NCBI GenBank assembly: GCA_030390025.1
Contig: CM059432.1
Coordinates: forward strand, 114,268,001-114,332,000
Direction of reading: 5' to 3'
Source: Squalus acanthias
Taxonomy: Eukaryota
Length of the DNA stretch: 64,000 nt
The translations under genes and the position numbers were made by a program. Under the pieces are notes generated by a model that had not been told where the DNA came from, searched no databases, and saw only the letters and a list, made by a program, of their open reading frames with translations. Of the stretch, positions 23,274 through 35,240 are shown in pieces; positions within the stretch are counted from its first letter, which is position 1; each line of letters opens with the position of its first letter.

Positions 23274-24869
23274 TATGTGTCCCAGAATGGCAGTCTCCTA
23301 GTCACATCATCAATATATGCCATAAGATCATTTTCAAGTACTGCAGCTTGTCAATGCTGCCTGTGATGTAGGTATAATTTTTACTATAGCAATCTATTCT
23401 ATTCCAGTCAGCTATAACCTATACTTTGAAACCCCAAAAGCAAGTGTTCCAAAGGACTATCTATATACTTCTCTGTTGAAACCAGAAAGAGATCAATGAA
23501 TAGACCCAGGGAGCTGTAAGGATCTCACTGTCTCTTATACTGTCTGAAGGGTTTGTCTGTCAGGTATGTATGCACTACTGGGATTTAGAATCAGTAAAAT
23601 ATTCTGTAAAAATAGATATATATTGCAAGTGGCTGCTTGTCTATTCTCCTGGTATTTTATCCTGGAAAAGGATAGAGCTAAAATATATTACAATCAAAAA
23701 ATACACATATATCTCAAAGGGTTTCGAGGTTCTCGTCACTGCTACTTATTTAAATCCCTCTGTGTCACATTTTTCTTAACCAAGAGGGCGAATATGCAGA
23801 GAACCTGTTTCAGAAAGACCCTCTACTAATTCTGCTTTATAACTACACTAAAACAGGAAAAGGCTATTAGCTTCTACAAGACGATCCTCAGCCAAACTGC
23901 ATCTAAATGTCTGCTCACCGCATCCTTCAATCCCTCTATCTGCAGACACATGTCTAAATGTCCCTTTAATTTACTGGTACTGTCTGCTTATGTGGCTTAC
24001 CCTTGTAACGTATCCCGCAACTCTATTGCTTTCTGAGTGGAAAGGTTCCCAGTTAGGAAAAGGCAATAGCGAATGGTATGAGCTGATTCATTTCACAGGT
24101 GGCCTGTCTGATGTCAAAGCTTGATTGTGCAGTGAGTGAGAAGTGCAAACCCTTGTGCAATCACTCAGTCGTCCAGCTATGTCACCAAGTGCTGTATCAT
24201 CGGGCAACCATATTAAACTCCGTTTTAAAGCAAATATATTTTGAAAAAGAAATCTACCTTACAGAAGAATAAAATAAACTGCATTTGTACAAATTTGGGA
24301 ATCAGGACACTGTTCAATCATCACTTAGATCAACAGTGTATTTAAGAGAAGCAATATCTGCTGTGGTAATGTAGCACCTTAGAGTGCCAATGCTCTGTGT
24401 TACAGAGTGTAGGTTCATGGCTCTGAATTATCACAAGGTGAGTTTTTCATCCAACCATACGGAGGTGCCAAGCAGAAGACTACCAGTTTTCCATAGGGGG
24501 AGAAGGAAGATCAGAGGGAGACCTAGGTCTGGGAACGGGAATTATGTCCACCCTCTTGGCTGAGGTACGATGTGTGGCACAGCAACCACAGAAAGAGGAA
24601 AGGAAAGAAATAACACCACATATTTTAATATTCTAATTTAACTTACAATGAATTTGATTTAATTTCCTTCCTTTTCTTTATTAGGTGACCTGTTTTAGTG
24701 GAACAGATGTGCTTTTTCACAAGTACTATGTCTGCATTTCCAATTGAGTATCCCATTTACATGAGTGATTGAGATCCTCTTCCCCTTTCATATAACTCTA
24801 GTTCCTGAGCCTGATTCAAATCAGGAAGCTGTTCTGTGATTCTGGCTCCAAGTTCCTTTTAGAAACTAA

Positions 24870-25678
24870 GGGCTGGATTTTGTCAATGGGGGCGCGTTGG
24901 GGGCGGAACTGCTGGTTTTCGGGTTTCAGTCCCGCCCCCAATGACGTCTGGCCAACCCACGCTATTTTCCCTTGATTGACCTTGTTAAGCCTGCCCTGCG
25001 GGCTTAGCCGGCCAATTAAGGGAAAGCCAGTGACAGAGGACATCAGTGTATGACGTTTCATCTGTTGAAAATTTTTTGACAGATGAATTATCAGCGTTTG
25101 ACAGCTTTAAGAAGCTGTCAAACACTGACAATCTCTGTTCTAAGGTGAGCCCTTGCACAGAAGACTCACCAAAAACTCTCTCCGCAGCAGAAAGCAGATG
25201 GCTGCTGCATCTGAGAATGCAGCAGCCATACTGTCATCTCTGCCGTTGAGATGAGGCAACTCCGGATCCCCAAGGGTTGAAGCCTGCATGAAGAAGCAAA
25301 GGTAAGTAAACTTTTTCTAACACTTTACACTCACCTCTCATAATTACCTCTCCACACTTGCACACATCACTCCCCTCTACAGTGGACTTTTTGACCCCTC
25401 TCACTCCCGCAGACCCACTGCTCGCCTCGCTGACCCTGGCGAGTTTCGCAGCCGTCGGGTAGACCACACTTGCAGGGGTAAAATGGGGATAAGCCTCAAA
25501 ACTGCTTGTTAAGTACCTGTTAACAAGCAGTTAATTGGCTCTAATCCCCTTCCCGCCTCCCAGGAAGATGGCACGGAGGCGGGTTGGGAGCGGGGTCGGT
25601 ACCCGCTCCCAGTTTCTGCCATTTTCCTGGCAGTCCTGCCTCCATACCCGCCTCCCCAGGGCTGGGAAAATTCCCCCC
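24870..25678. mobile_element. Harbinger MITE, family B
   Basis: Termini gggctggatttt / aaaattcccccc; TSD TAA on both sides. Confidence 0.8.
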
Positions 25679-26099
25679 TAACTGTTTATATTAAACATGT
25701 ACAGTTTTATTAAGGTCAAAGGTCATGATTATGTAGCCAGTAGTGGTAGCCTGTCCATACAGGTCAGCAAAATCAAAATTGCTCCCCTGACCTGCACGGG
25801 TAGCTGAGCGGCTCAGCCCACCTCCTACAGTAAGCCCAAATTCTGTTCATGATGCGGACGTGGGCTTTAATCAAAATAAATATTGAGCTAAAAGGCGTTA
25901 TATTGGAAAAAAGATACTTTTATATCTCACAAAAGGTGAGCTCCTTTGCTCTCCTCATTGTTTTTATTCATGTGAGGCATCACAGAAAAAAATTCACTGG
26001 GTGCAAATGGCCTCCAGTAGCAGCAGTAATTCCTAATTTACGCTATCAGTTTACCACCAATTAGGGAACTGATGTTGGGGAAAACTGAGAATGTAAATC

Positions 26100-26420
26100 T
26101 TCTCCATTGGACCCTCACGCATCCTCCGCTCCTCTGACTCTGCTCATTCTCCCGTCCTTCTGCTCCACCAGTGGAGGCCAAACTTTCAATCACTACACTC
26201 CGGTCCGCTGGAATCCTCTGCCTCGACCTCTTTGCCTTGTCGCTTATTTCTCGCACTTCAAAAACCTCTTTAAAAACCCTTCTCTTTGACCGTGCCTTCA
26301 GCCTGCCCCGCTAATTTTATTCCTCCTTTTTCCTGTTCATTGTCCACCATTTCCAGTTTATTAAATGTTCGGAGACTTTTTTTTTTATGAAGAGTGCTAT
26401 AGAACTGTAAGTTGTTGTTG
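26100..26420 (+). mobile_element. L2 LINE 3' fragment (old)
   Basis: ctccaccagtggaggcc..ctggaat..ctctttaaaaacccttctctttgacc, ending gtgctatag..aagttgttgttg; similar to 62560-62747. Confidence 0.6.
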
Positions 26421-26889
26421 ATATGCATGCAGCATTACAGTTAATAACACCTTTTTATTTGCACCCTGCAGAAACAGTGAAAAAGACAAAGGTGCCCCAT
26501 TTACAAGGTGCATTCAATTCAGACCAGTAGCAAATTCAGCAAAAAGCACAACCAACCCAAGTTACCAGCTATGCAAAAACAATGTTACAAAGCTTAAATG
26601 GTTTCTTTCGGTCAAAGTAACAGGAGACGATTGAGAGGCCATAAAAGCAAAAGCCTGGCATGGAGTTAAAATTGTTGATTATCTATGAAAAGTGAATGCA
26701 CTCTAAATTACAGTCACCTCTCAAATTTTCACCAAGTACACATCAGTCACGCTTTGCTGCTAGATTGGGGGCAGTGAGGAAACAAAATTCTGCTTCCCCA
26801 TCAACTTGCAGTAGTCTAACTTTTGTCTACTTCACTGCGTTCCTCTACAATTGCCAATTGCAGGACGTTGAGACCAGTTACTTTATATA

Positions 26890-27828
26890 AGTGTGGCACT
26901 CATCTGTTGCAAATGGATTTCAATGTAGGCAAATGTGAGGCCACCTCACTTTGGACCTAAAAAGGATAGAACAGAGTTTCACCATTTCTAAATGGTGAAA
27001 AGTTAGAAACAGTGGAGGTCCAAAGAGACCTGGGGGTCCAGGTACATAGATCATTAAAATGTCATGGACAGGTACAGAAAATAATCAAAAAGGCTAATGG
27101 AATGCTTCCATTAACAAAAGGTCATCGACCTGAAACGTTAACTCTGTTTCTCTCTCCACAGATGCTGCATGACCTGCTGAGTATTTTCAGCATTTTCTGT
27201 TTTTGTTAATGGAATACTGGCCTTTATATCTAGAGAACTAGAATACAAGAGGGTTAGAACTTGTGCTACAGCTATACAAAGCCCTGGTTAGACCCTGGAG
27301 TACTGTGAGCAGTTCTGGGCACCGCACCTTAGGAAGGATATATTGGCCTTGGAGGGAAGTGCAGCATAGATTTACCAGAATGATATCAAGGGTTAAATTA
27401 CAAGGAGAGATTACACAAACTAGGGTTGTATTCCCTGGAATTTAGAAGGTTAAGGGGTGATTTGATCAAAGTTTTCAAGATATTAAAAGGGAACTGACAG
27501 GGTAGATAGAGAGAAACTATTTCCGCTGGCTGGGGAGTCTTGAACTTGGGAGCTTAGTCTAGAAATTAGAGCCAGGCGTGAAGTTGGGAAACACTTCTAC
27601 ACGCAAAGGGTGGTAGAAGTTTGGAACTCTCTTCCGGAAATGGCAATTGATGCTGGGTCAATTGTTCATTTTAAACTGAGATTGATAGATTTTTGTTAAC
27701 CAAATGTATTAAGGGATATGGGGCAAAGGTGGGTATATGGAGTTAGGTCACAGATCAGCCATGATCTCATTGAATGGTAGAACAGGCTTGAGAGGCTAAA
27801 TGGCCTACTCCTGTTCCTATGTTCCTAT
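26890..27828 (+). mobile_element. CR1 LINE 3' fragment
   Basis: QRDLGVQVH..IIKKANGML, LQLYKALVRP; tail ctcctgttcctatgttccta. Confidence 0.9.
27106..27206 (+). mobile_element. ~100-bp Penelope pLTR fragment inserted in CR1
   Basis: aaaggtcatcgacctgaaacgttaactctg..; TSD taatggaat (27095-27103, 27207-27215); a 14-nt inverted copy of the 3' junction sits at the 5' end. Confidence 0.8.
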
Positions 27829-28129
27829 AATGCACAATGTCAGAGTGAAGCCCCAACCTTGATCCATAGTACCTGTATAATAGTTCTATATTAGGGCCAC
27901 TAATTAAAAAAGAAAGGAACTAGGTTCCAGCAAATAATGAGGGTTTTATGTCAGGATGGCGCTGTGGGAGTGTATAAGGCACTGCCACTGTAGTAGATTA
28001 TATTCTGCCAGTCTAACAATTCATTTTTCTTCCAAAAAAACTTTCCACAAAATAAAAAATCTTATTAGATGACCAATGGCAAATGTTATAAAAAGCTGAT
28101 AAAGCATTCAGCTTTTGGCTCAGGGAGGA

Positions 28130-28275
28130 AAGAAAGAAGAAAGACTTGCATTTACATAGTGCCTTTCATGACCACCGGACGTCTCAAAGCGCTTTACAGT
28201 CAATTAAGTACTTTTGAAGTGGAGTCACTGTTGTAATATGGAAAACGTGGCAGCCAATTTGCACAAGCAAGGTCA
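28130..28275 (-). mobile_element. Deu-SINE 3' fragment
   Basis: aagacttgcatttacatagtgcctttcatgaccaccggacgtctcaaagcgctttacag matches 56638-56700. Confidence 0.85.
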
Positions 28276-28454
28276 CAATTTTTACTTTAAAATCCAATTC
28301 ACAGCTTTCTGGGCAAGGATTTGAGGCAGAGATATGAAAGGGCTGGTGTATCTTGTTTTTGGTTCTCAGCCTACGCTGAGATTTGAGTGGAAGAAAAATA
28401 AGTACTTTCAACGAATAGGTACAGCAACACCGCAAACTAAGTATGTCTAAAAAA

Positions 28455-28598
28455 AATATTCGTTCATGGGACGTGGGCGTCGCTGGCAAGGCCAGCATTT
28501 ATTGCTCCTCCCTAGTTGCCCTTGAGAAGGTGGTGGTGATCAGCTTTCTTGAACCGCTGCAGTCCGTGTGGTGAAGGTACCCCACAGTGCTGTTAGGA
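28455..28598 (-). mobile_element. 3' tail of the CR1-clade lineage seen at 12369-13110
   Basis: Reverse complement of 12960-13100. Confidence 0.8.
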
Positions 28599-28611
28599 TT
28601 TTGACCCAATA

Positions 28612-29037
28612 TTAATAGAGCACAAGATAATTGAGAAAGGCCATTCTGCCCACCTTAATTCATCCATCCAGCAAAATAATGATGCCCCCCTACTGTAGCA
28701 TCCAATTGTTTCTTAAATGATTCCAGGGTCACTGCCTCCACTACTCTATCTGGAATTTTATTCCACATGTGGATCACTCTTTATGTGAAGAAGAATTTCC
28801 TGTCATCAGTTCTAAAATTATCTTTTACTAGTTTGAACCTATGTCACCTAGTTGTATTCCCACAGTTTAATTCCAGGTAAATTTATTTTAAACTCTTAAC
28901 CTGTATACCTCTAAGACCACCTCTCAGATGCCTCCTTCCTAAGCTGAATATCCTGTGTCTCTCCAGTCCTTCCTCATAACACTGACCCCCTGACGCTGAA
29001 GATCAGCCTTGTCTTCTCTGCACTACACCTAGTGCTT
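28612..29037 (-). mobile_element. Old CR1 3' fragment
   Basis: ggccattc..., atcactcttta(tgtgaagaagaatttcc), ctctccagtccttcctcataac correspond to the reverse CR1 ORF2 end. Confidence 0.55.
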
Positions 29038-29174
29038 GTTGAAGAGAGAGTACAGTCAGGAATAAAACTGTCTTGTATATATTGTCACAGTTAACACACA
29101 CCTTTTACTTCACACTGGGATAGATTTTGAAAATTAGCTCTCCTGGGAGCACAAATTCGTAAAATATGCCTGTA

Positions 29175-29350
29175 AGAAAGAAGAACGAACAAACTTGCAT
29201 TTAGACAGTGCCTTTTATATCCTCAGGAAATCACAAAATGTTTCACAGCCTACGAGCTTTTGGAGTGTAGCCACTGTTGTAATGTAGTGAAATGCTGCAG
29301 CCAATTTGCACACTGCAAGATCCCACAAACAGCAATGAGATAAATGTTCA
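29175..29350 (-). mobile_element. Deu-SINE 3' fragment
   Basis: aacttgcattta..gtgccttt, ccactgttgtaatgt, gcagccaatttgcaca..cccacaaacagcaatg. Confidence 0.75.
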
Positions 29351-29409
29351 GTATACACATTCTAAATTTCCTAATAACAAATAATGGAATCAAACCCAGT
29401 GTTTCTGAT

Positions 29410-29633
29410 ATAACAACAGAAAACGCTGGAAAAACTCAGCAGGCCAGGCAACATCCGTGGAGAGAGAAAGAGAGTTAACGTTTCAGGTCGAAACCCTTCG
29501 TCGGACGAAGGGTTTCGACCTGAAACGTTAACTCTCTTTCTCTCTCCACGGATGTTGCCTGGCCTGCTGAGTTTTTCCAGCGTTTTCTGTTGTTATTTCG
29601 GATTTCCAGCATCCGCAGTATTTTGCTATCGTA
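29410..29633. mobile_element. Short Penelope-like insertion, perfect 93-bp fold-back plus 37-nt tail
   Basis: Arms 29410-29502 and 29504-29596; TSD ccagtgtt(c/t)..tgat 14 bp with 1 mismatch (29396-29409, 29634-29647). The sequence is homologous to the pLTR of the GIY-YIG-bearing elements at 15055-15160 and 56280-56371. Confidence 0.88.
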
Positions 29634-31476
29634 CCAGTGTTTTTGATCATAAGTTCAATCCAGTGGGGACCATAGGCAGCAAATTGGGAATTGTGACAGT
29701 CCTTCCAAATCCTGCTGGCTCCTCCCCCACTTCATGGGATTCAGCTGTATGTCCCTTGGAAAATGTTGAATATAACAGACCGACCAGACCCAGCTTCCCT
29801 GAAGCACCACTCCCAGTTTCTCTCCCTCCCCCCAACCGCTGATCCCAGACTCTCTTTTCTGCTCCTCAGGGGCTGCTGCTGGCCTTCCTCCCACCCCGCC
29901 CCCGCCACCCCCTTCAAGTGCTGCTGCTCTCTCTGTTTCTCCCCAAATGCTACTGGCTTCTTTCTTTCCCTCCCTCCCTCACTCCATCCCCCAAAAAAGT
30001 AGTTCTCAACATTTTCCCTCTCCCTGCACCCCATAATGCTGTGGTTGCCTCCCTCTCCGCATCCCCAAGACCGCTACTCCTTTCTCTCGCCAAGTTCCGC
30101 TCGGAGCTCAGATCTGCTTGAGCTCTTGTTGTGAGTGACAGTGGTACTCTTTGAGTGGGAATTCCAGATCAGACGAGAATTCCTGTCCAGTGTACATGGT
30201 CATCAATCAAAGCAGAAGCTGAGAGTAGCCACTTTGGAAAAGATCCTAGTCTCAGCTGACTTTGGCCTGTGACACTGCCATGGTGAGAGGGATCCCAAAG
30301 GGATCCCAGACCTCAGACTGTCCACAGATGGTTGGCATGTATGTTTGAATGGTTTTATTCCATTAACTTGTAATTTAAAGCAAGTCATTTCTGTTGCCAA
30401 GAAAATAATCACTGGGCGCGATGGATAGTCTCTAAAGGGACTATGTACTTTAACTTTTGTCTAACTAAGACTGTTTAAACTTATGCATTGCTTAGCAATT
30501 TCTAACTATTTCTATGTTTTCAGCAACTTTATAATAATGACTCTTTCAATAAAAATATAGATTGTGCTTTTCGAGCTATCTGAACATCTCATTCCAAAAC
30601 TGGGGGTAATGTTAGGAAGAAAACAGAAGAATTAAACAGATTTATAAATAAATTGCTGTAAGCAAAAATAAATAATACCTAGTTTAGGCAAGTTTTGATC
30701 AAATAACTGAATGATTTGAATTTAGAGATGTAGCTCTGCTACAGACAAGGATTATTTTTTCACTTTTGTGGACAGCCAGTTCAGAATGTGAATGATTGAA
30801 AAATAATAATTTAATCATAAACAGAATCCTTCAACAAAAGCTGCGATTCATGTACTATCCCACCTGTAACACTGCATTTTTCATCTCTTTTGTACTTCAT
30901 TGCTTCCTGCTCCTCAAGTGCACTCTGAACATTATGGTCGAATTTTCTGGGGTCCGTGTGATGGAGTCGGGTCGGGAGGGAAATTTGAAAAACTTTTGAG
31001 CAGGTCGGGAACCCGCCGTTATCCCGCCCCTACGCGCCTTTCCCTCGGGCACGTTTGCCAGCATGGCAGCGACCTGAACGGCAGAGGCGGTCGAGGTAAC
31101 TTAGATCATTATGAGGTACTTGTCAGACCCTTAAACCTCTTTTAAATCCTACCTTTCAAATTTCCCTGGATGAGCATGGGAATCACGCAGCTCGGGAATC
31201 ACGTCTGTGAACCTGAGGTGGAAGTTGAGTGGCCATTGATCCACCTCATTAGTGCACAGCATGAAAAGTACAATAAAATCTCCCATCTGACAGCTGGTCA
31301 CTTTCCTAAGGCAGATGCTGTTGCTAAGTTCATTGTATACATAGATTTAGCTTTCTAGAGGTTGCAAGTCTTTTCAGCAAAGTCGGGATTCATTGTCACC
31401 TCACTGGTACCATCTATCACACCATTGACAGATTGCTTCTGTCATCTCTACTTGACCTGCCATCTATTCCATCAGC

Positions 31477-32675
31477 ATGGGTGCCGTTTATAGTGTGTCA
31501 CCTTGGTCCTCAGAATCGGTCCACGATAAGCCCTAACACCAGCAGCACCAGGCACACCAGCAGCACCAACAACTTTCTCCTCAACCACCTGATACTGCAC
31601 AGGACAGAGGGCAGCAGCGAAGGGCTGCACCATGCTGGAGGTGATACCCCCAACACAGGGTATACAGGATGAGCTTCCTCAACATGACGGAGCAGCAGTG
31701 CCAAAGGAGGCTCAGGCTATCACGTCAGGTCGTCACAGCATTTGCAGATGGCTGCAGCAAGACCTGCAGCCCAGAGGAGCGGGTGGACACGCCTTACCAG
31801 TGGCTGTCAAAGTCACCAGTGCCCTCAACTTCTTCGCTTCAGGCTCCTTCCAGGGATCTGCAGCAGACATTTGTGGCATCTCGCAGTCAGCTGCCCACAG
31901 ATGCATCACACAGGTCACTGATGCCCTCTTTGACAAGTCAGCCAATTATATCAACTTTGCCACTGATGAAGCCAGTGTTACTGAGCGGGCGCTGGCCTTT
32001 GTTGCTCTGCCTGGCTTCCCACGGGCGCAGAGCATCATTGACTGCACATATGTGGCCATCAGGGTACCCCATCACCCAGGAGTCTTTGTCAATCACAAGG
32101 GCTTCCACTCCCTCAATGTGCAGCTGGTCTGCAACCATAGGAAGATCATCATGCATGTGTGCACCAAATTCCCCGACAGCTGCCATTGACTCTTTCGTCC
32201 TTCGCCAGTCCACCCTCCCTCAGCTCTTCGCTCCTCCAAACAGATTTTCCAGCTGGCTGCTTGGAGACAAGGGCTATCCACTGAAGACCTGGCTCATGAC
32301 ACCCTTGAGGAGGCCAAGTACTGAGGTCTAGGAGAGGTATAATGAAAGCCACATTTCCACCAGATCTGTCATAGAGCAGACAAATAGCATGCTGAAAATG
32401 CGCTTCAGATGCCTTGACAGATCTGGAGAAACCCTTCCGTACGCACCAGCTAGGGTCTCCAGAATTATTGTGGTCTGCTGCGCTCTGCACAACATAGCAC
32501 TGCAGCGAGGATTAGCGCTGCATGAGGAGCAAGCCTTTGAACGCATAACCTCTGAAGAGGAGGAGGAGCATCAGCTGGAAGGCGAGGAGGAGGAGGAGCA
32601 AAAGGAACCTGTGGTCCAGATCCCACCAGTACCTGAGCGGCCAGGGATGGGCTCATCATTGCCAGATTTACTTAA
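31477..32675 (+). pseudogene. Harbinger (DDE_Tnp_4, HARBI1-like) transposase, disrupted
   Basis: [83 protein letters not shown], acidic tail; stops and frameshifts. Confidence 0.93.
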
Positions 32676-33131
32676 CTTCAGGCATTACACCCATATGGCT
32701 GTCACATGCTGCGCTAGGTTCTCACCACCCCACAGCAACACCATAAAGCATCCCTACAATGACCAAGCCATTCCTTTCACACTGATCCCCATTGCTGGAG
32801 GTAATGGTATGTCTCACCATTCACTTCAACTAAGCCACCTCCACTCTCCACTGCTGTCCCTGTCTCCACCATCTGCTCTTGCTCACTTGTGACTTGTGAG
32901 ACACCAGGTAACAACACTACTCTATCTCGCGTGGCACCCACTGAGGTTTGTGTATCTGCGCTGGTGCTGGGTGTGCTTATGTCTGGTGACGGTGTGCCCT
33001 CAGAGACTGGAGGCTCCTCTGAGGAATCATCTCCCTCTTCCTCCTGGACAGTGGGGGGGCTCTTGTTGGACCTGTGGGAGAGTAAAGAGATGAGTTAGAT
33101 ATGTCATATCAAGATTGTGTACAGATACCAT

Positions 33132-33272
33132 TGGACACAAAAGGCATCAAGGGGTATGGGGAGAGAGCGGGAATATGGTATTGAGATAGAGGATCAGCCA
33201 TGATCATATTGAATGGCGGAGCAGGCTCGAAGGGCCGAATGGCCTACTCCTGCTCCTATTTTTCTATGTTTC
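33132..33272 (+). mobile_element. ~140-bp CR1 3'-tail unit in Myb intron 2
   Basis: gacacaaaaggcatcaaggggtatgggg..ctcctgctcctatttttctatgtttct. Confidence 0.85.
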
Positions 33273-33806
33273 TTATGCACATGATAAACATTTACTGGCT
33301 GCTGACATCAGTCCCCATATGAGGGACCGCTGTATGCCATGTGGCCATATGAGATATAATTCTGTCACCAGTTTGCTGAGATGTCCCCCTCTCTCCGTCT
33401 CCCACCTCCAGCTGCTCTGTAACTCCTGACACTTCCAAAGCAACTTCCTCTACTACTGTTAAGGTGGCCAATAATGGAGGGCCACCTCCGGTTCTCTCCC
33501 TCTCCCTCTTATTGTGGGCACTCTTTTCCTGCAAGGAGGGAAAGAAGACAAGGTTGAGCGAGAGTGATGGAATGAGTGTAAGGAATGGATGGGTTACATC
33601 TTTAGAGGGTGGCTATGACGGAGTGGGGTGACAATGCCAAGTGGCCTCCTTGTGTGTTGTTAGTTGGTATGATTGCATTAGGATGAGGGTGAGTATGAGG
33701 GGTGGTTAGTCAGATGGGGATGTGATAATATAGATAGCGAGAGAGAGATGGGTGGACATGCAAGGTATGTTGGTCTGAGAATGATGCGCAGGAGCAGGCT
33801 TGGGAA

Positions 33807-33956
33807 ACATAGAAACATAGAAAAATAGGAGCAGGAGTAAGCCATTCGGCCCTTCGAGCCTGCTCCGCCATTCAATATGATCATGGCTGATCCTCTATCT
33901 CAATACCATATTCCCGCTCTCTCCCCATACCCCTTGATGCCTTTTGTGTCTAGAAG
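33807..33956 (-). mobile_element. ~150-bp CR1 3'-tail unit in Myb intron 1
   Basis: Near-exact reverse complement of 33132-33272; absent at the equivalent site of the sister element (~43640). Confidence 0.85.
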
Positions 33957-35115
33957 GCAGAGTGATGGGGATGTGATGAGAGGCACAGCAGGATGAAGTT
34001 GAGTGTGGCTTTGCACTCACCTTTCCTGTTCTAATGAGATCATTGAAATGTTTGCGTCACTGCACCCAGGTCCTCCTGACCACATCCCTGCTGTTGACCT
34101 CCTCTCCTATTTGGAGCCAGGCTCCTTTGGTCTGCTGGGGAGGTCTCTTCCGCCCATCGGAAGGGAAGAGGACCTCCCTGAGTGCTCTCACTCTCTCCAC
34201 AAGCATATGGAGTGAGTCATCTGAGAACCTGGGTGCGGCCCTCTGTCTCTGTGCAGTCATGTTTGTCACTCTTTGCAACACTCCAATGGTGCAGTGCACT
34301 ATCTTAGATGAACCTTCCAATGCAATGTGGCCATGGCCCCTTTATATATCCTGGCTGAAAACGCGTTGTCGACGATGTCATCAGACCCGCACCATTTAAT
34401 AGGGCCGGGTAACACGCAGGGCTGCCTTAATAGGCGCCATTAACGAAAAGTCGATCTGAGAAGAGGGATGGAATGAGGAACGGGGTCGCGACTTGCCACG
34501 GTGACCGCCCGCACCTGCCCTGCCCAGGTACTGAAAATTCCGCCCTATGTCATTATTGTGGGCTTTGTGGAACAACATTTTGTTAGTGAGCATTCACTCA
34601 TAAAAATGATAAATAGGTTTAATTTATGTGGGCATTTTTTCTCGTCAGTTCTTAGAGCACAGCTACAGAGCATTGGCGGTTATGCCTTACTCTGTACACC
34701 AATAAAGTGTTAATTGTCCTTTTTTGATTAGTTTTAACAGACCTATCTCAAAATGGTGCCAGTGTATGGGTTCGCTGCAGTCAGCTTTGTGCGATATGAA
34801 TCCATTAGGAAAATGACAGAAAATTGCCTAAACACAAACACCCGTAAGGATATTCCTTTTGCATTTTTCAAATATCCACTTAACATGGAATGCACAAATA
34901 TTACATGTAATGGCTCAATGAAAATATAGAGAATCACAATTTACCTCCAAGTCTCAGTGTTAACAAAAAGGTAGTTCAAGAATTGAAAGATAGTGCCTTT
35001 GGCAGCAGGATGAACTGCACTTATATTATATAAATTAATTACATTATATTACAGGCCCATGATGACATTTGGTTTAGTCAGTTAACAACTTCAAATTTAC
35101 AGCAGTAAATTTTAT

Positions 35116-35240
35116 GGCCCTGAAGTTCCAGCGGCTAGCAACAGTCTCCTGCCATAACATTGGCGGGAGACCAGCAGAAACCCAGGAGAAATGGCTGAGA
35201 TGCCGGGAGACCCGTGGTAGTCCCAGGGAATTTCAGGGCC
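35116..35240. mobile_element. 125-bp mini-MITE (Harbinger-type)
   Basis: TIR ggccctgaagttcc / ggaatttcagggcc; flanks TAT/CAT; a similar end ggccctgaaattcc occurs at 49728. Confidence 0.7.

Larger units (their letters stand above)
32845..34260 (-). pseudogene. Harbinger Myb/SANT-like (trihelix) accessory gene; exons about 34260-34021, 33528-33369 and 33071-32845
   Basis: RAAPRFSDDSL..LVERV..REVLFP..W..I.EEVN..RRTWVQ*RKHFNDL|gtgagt; acceptor ccttgcag|EKSAHNKRERERTGGG; acceptor ctcccacag|acidic/Ser-rich exon; in-frame stop. Confidence 0.85.
30936..34545. mobile_element. Near-complete PIF/Harbinger DNA transposon (two convergent genes, decayed)
   Basis: Termini ggtcgaattttc / gaaaattccgccc; TSD TAT; DDE transposase on + and Myb/SANT-like gene on -. 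Confidence 0.92.

Noticed and set aside
34021..34260. Host NAIF1/MSANTD gene
   Set aside because: In-frame stop; lies inside a TIR/TSD-bounded transposon with a sister copy at 43710-43950.
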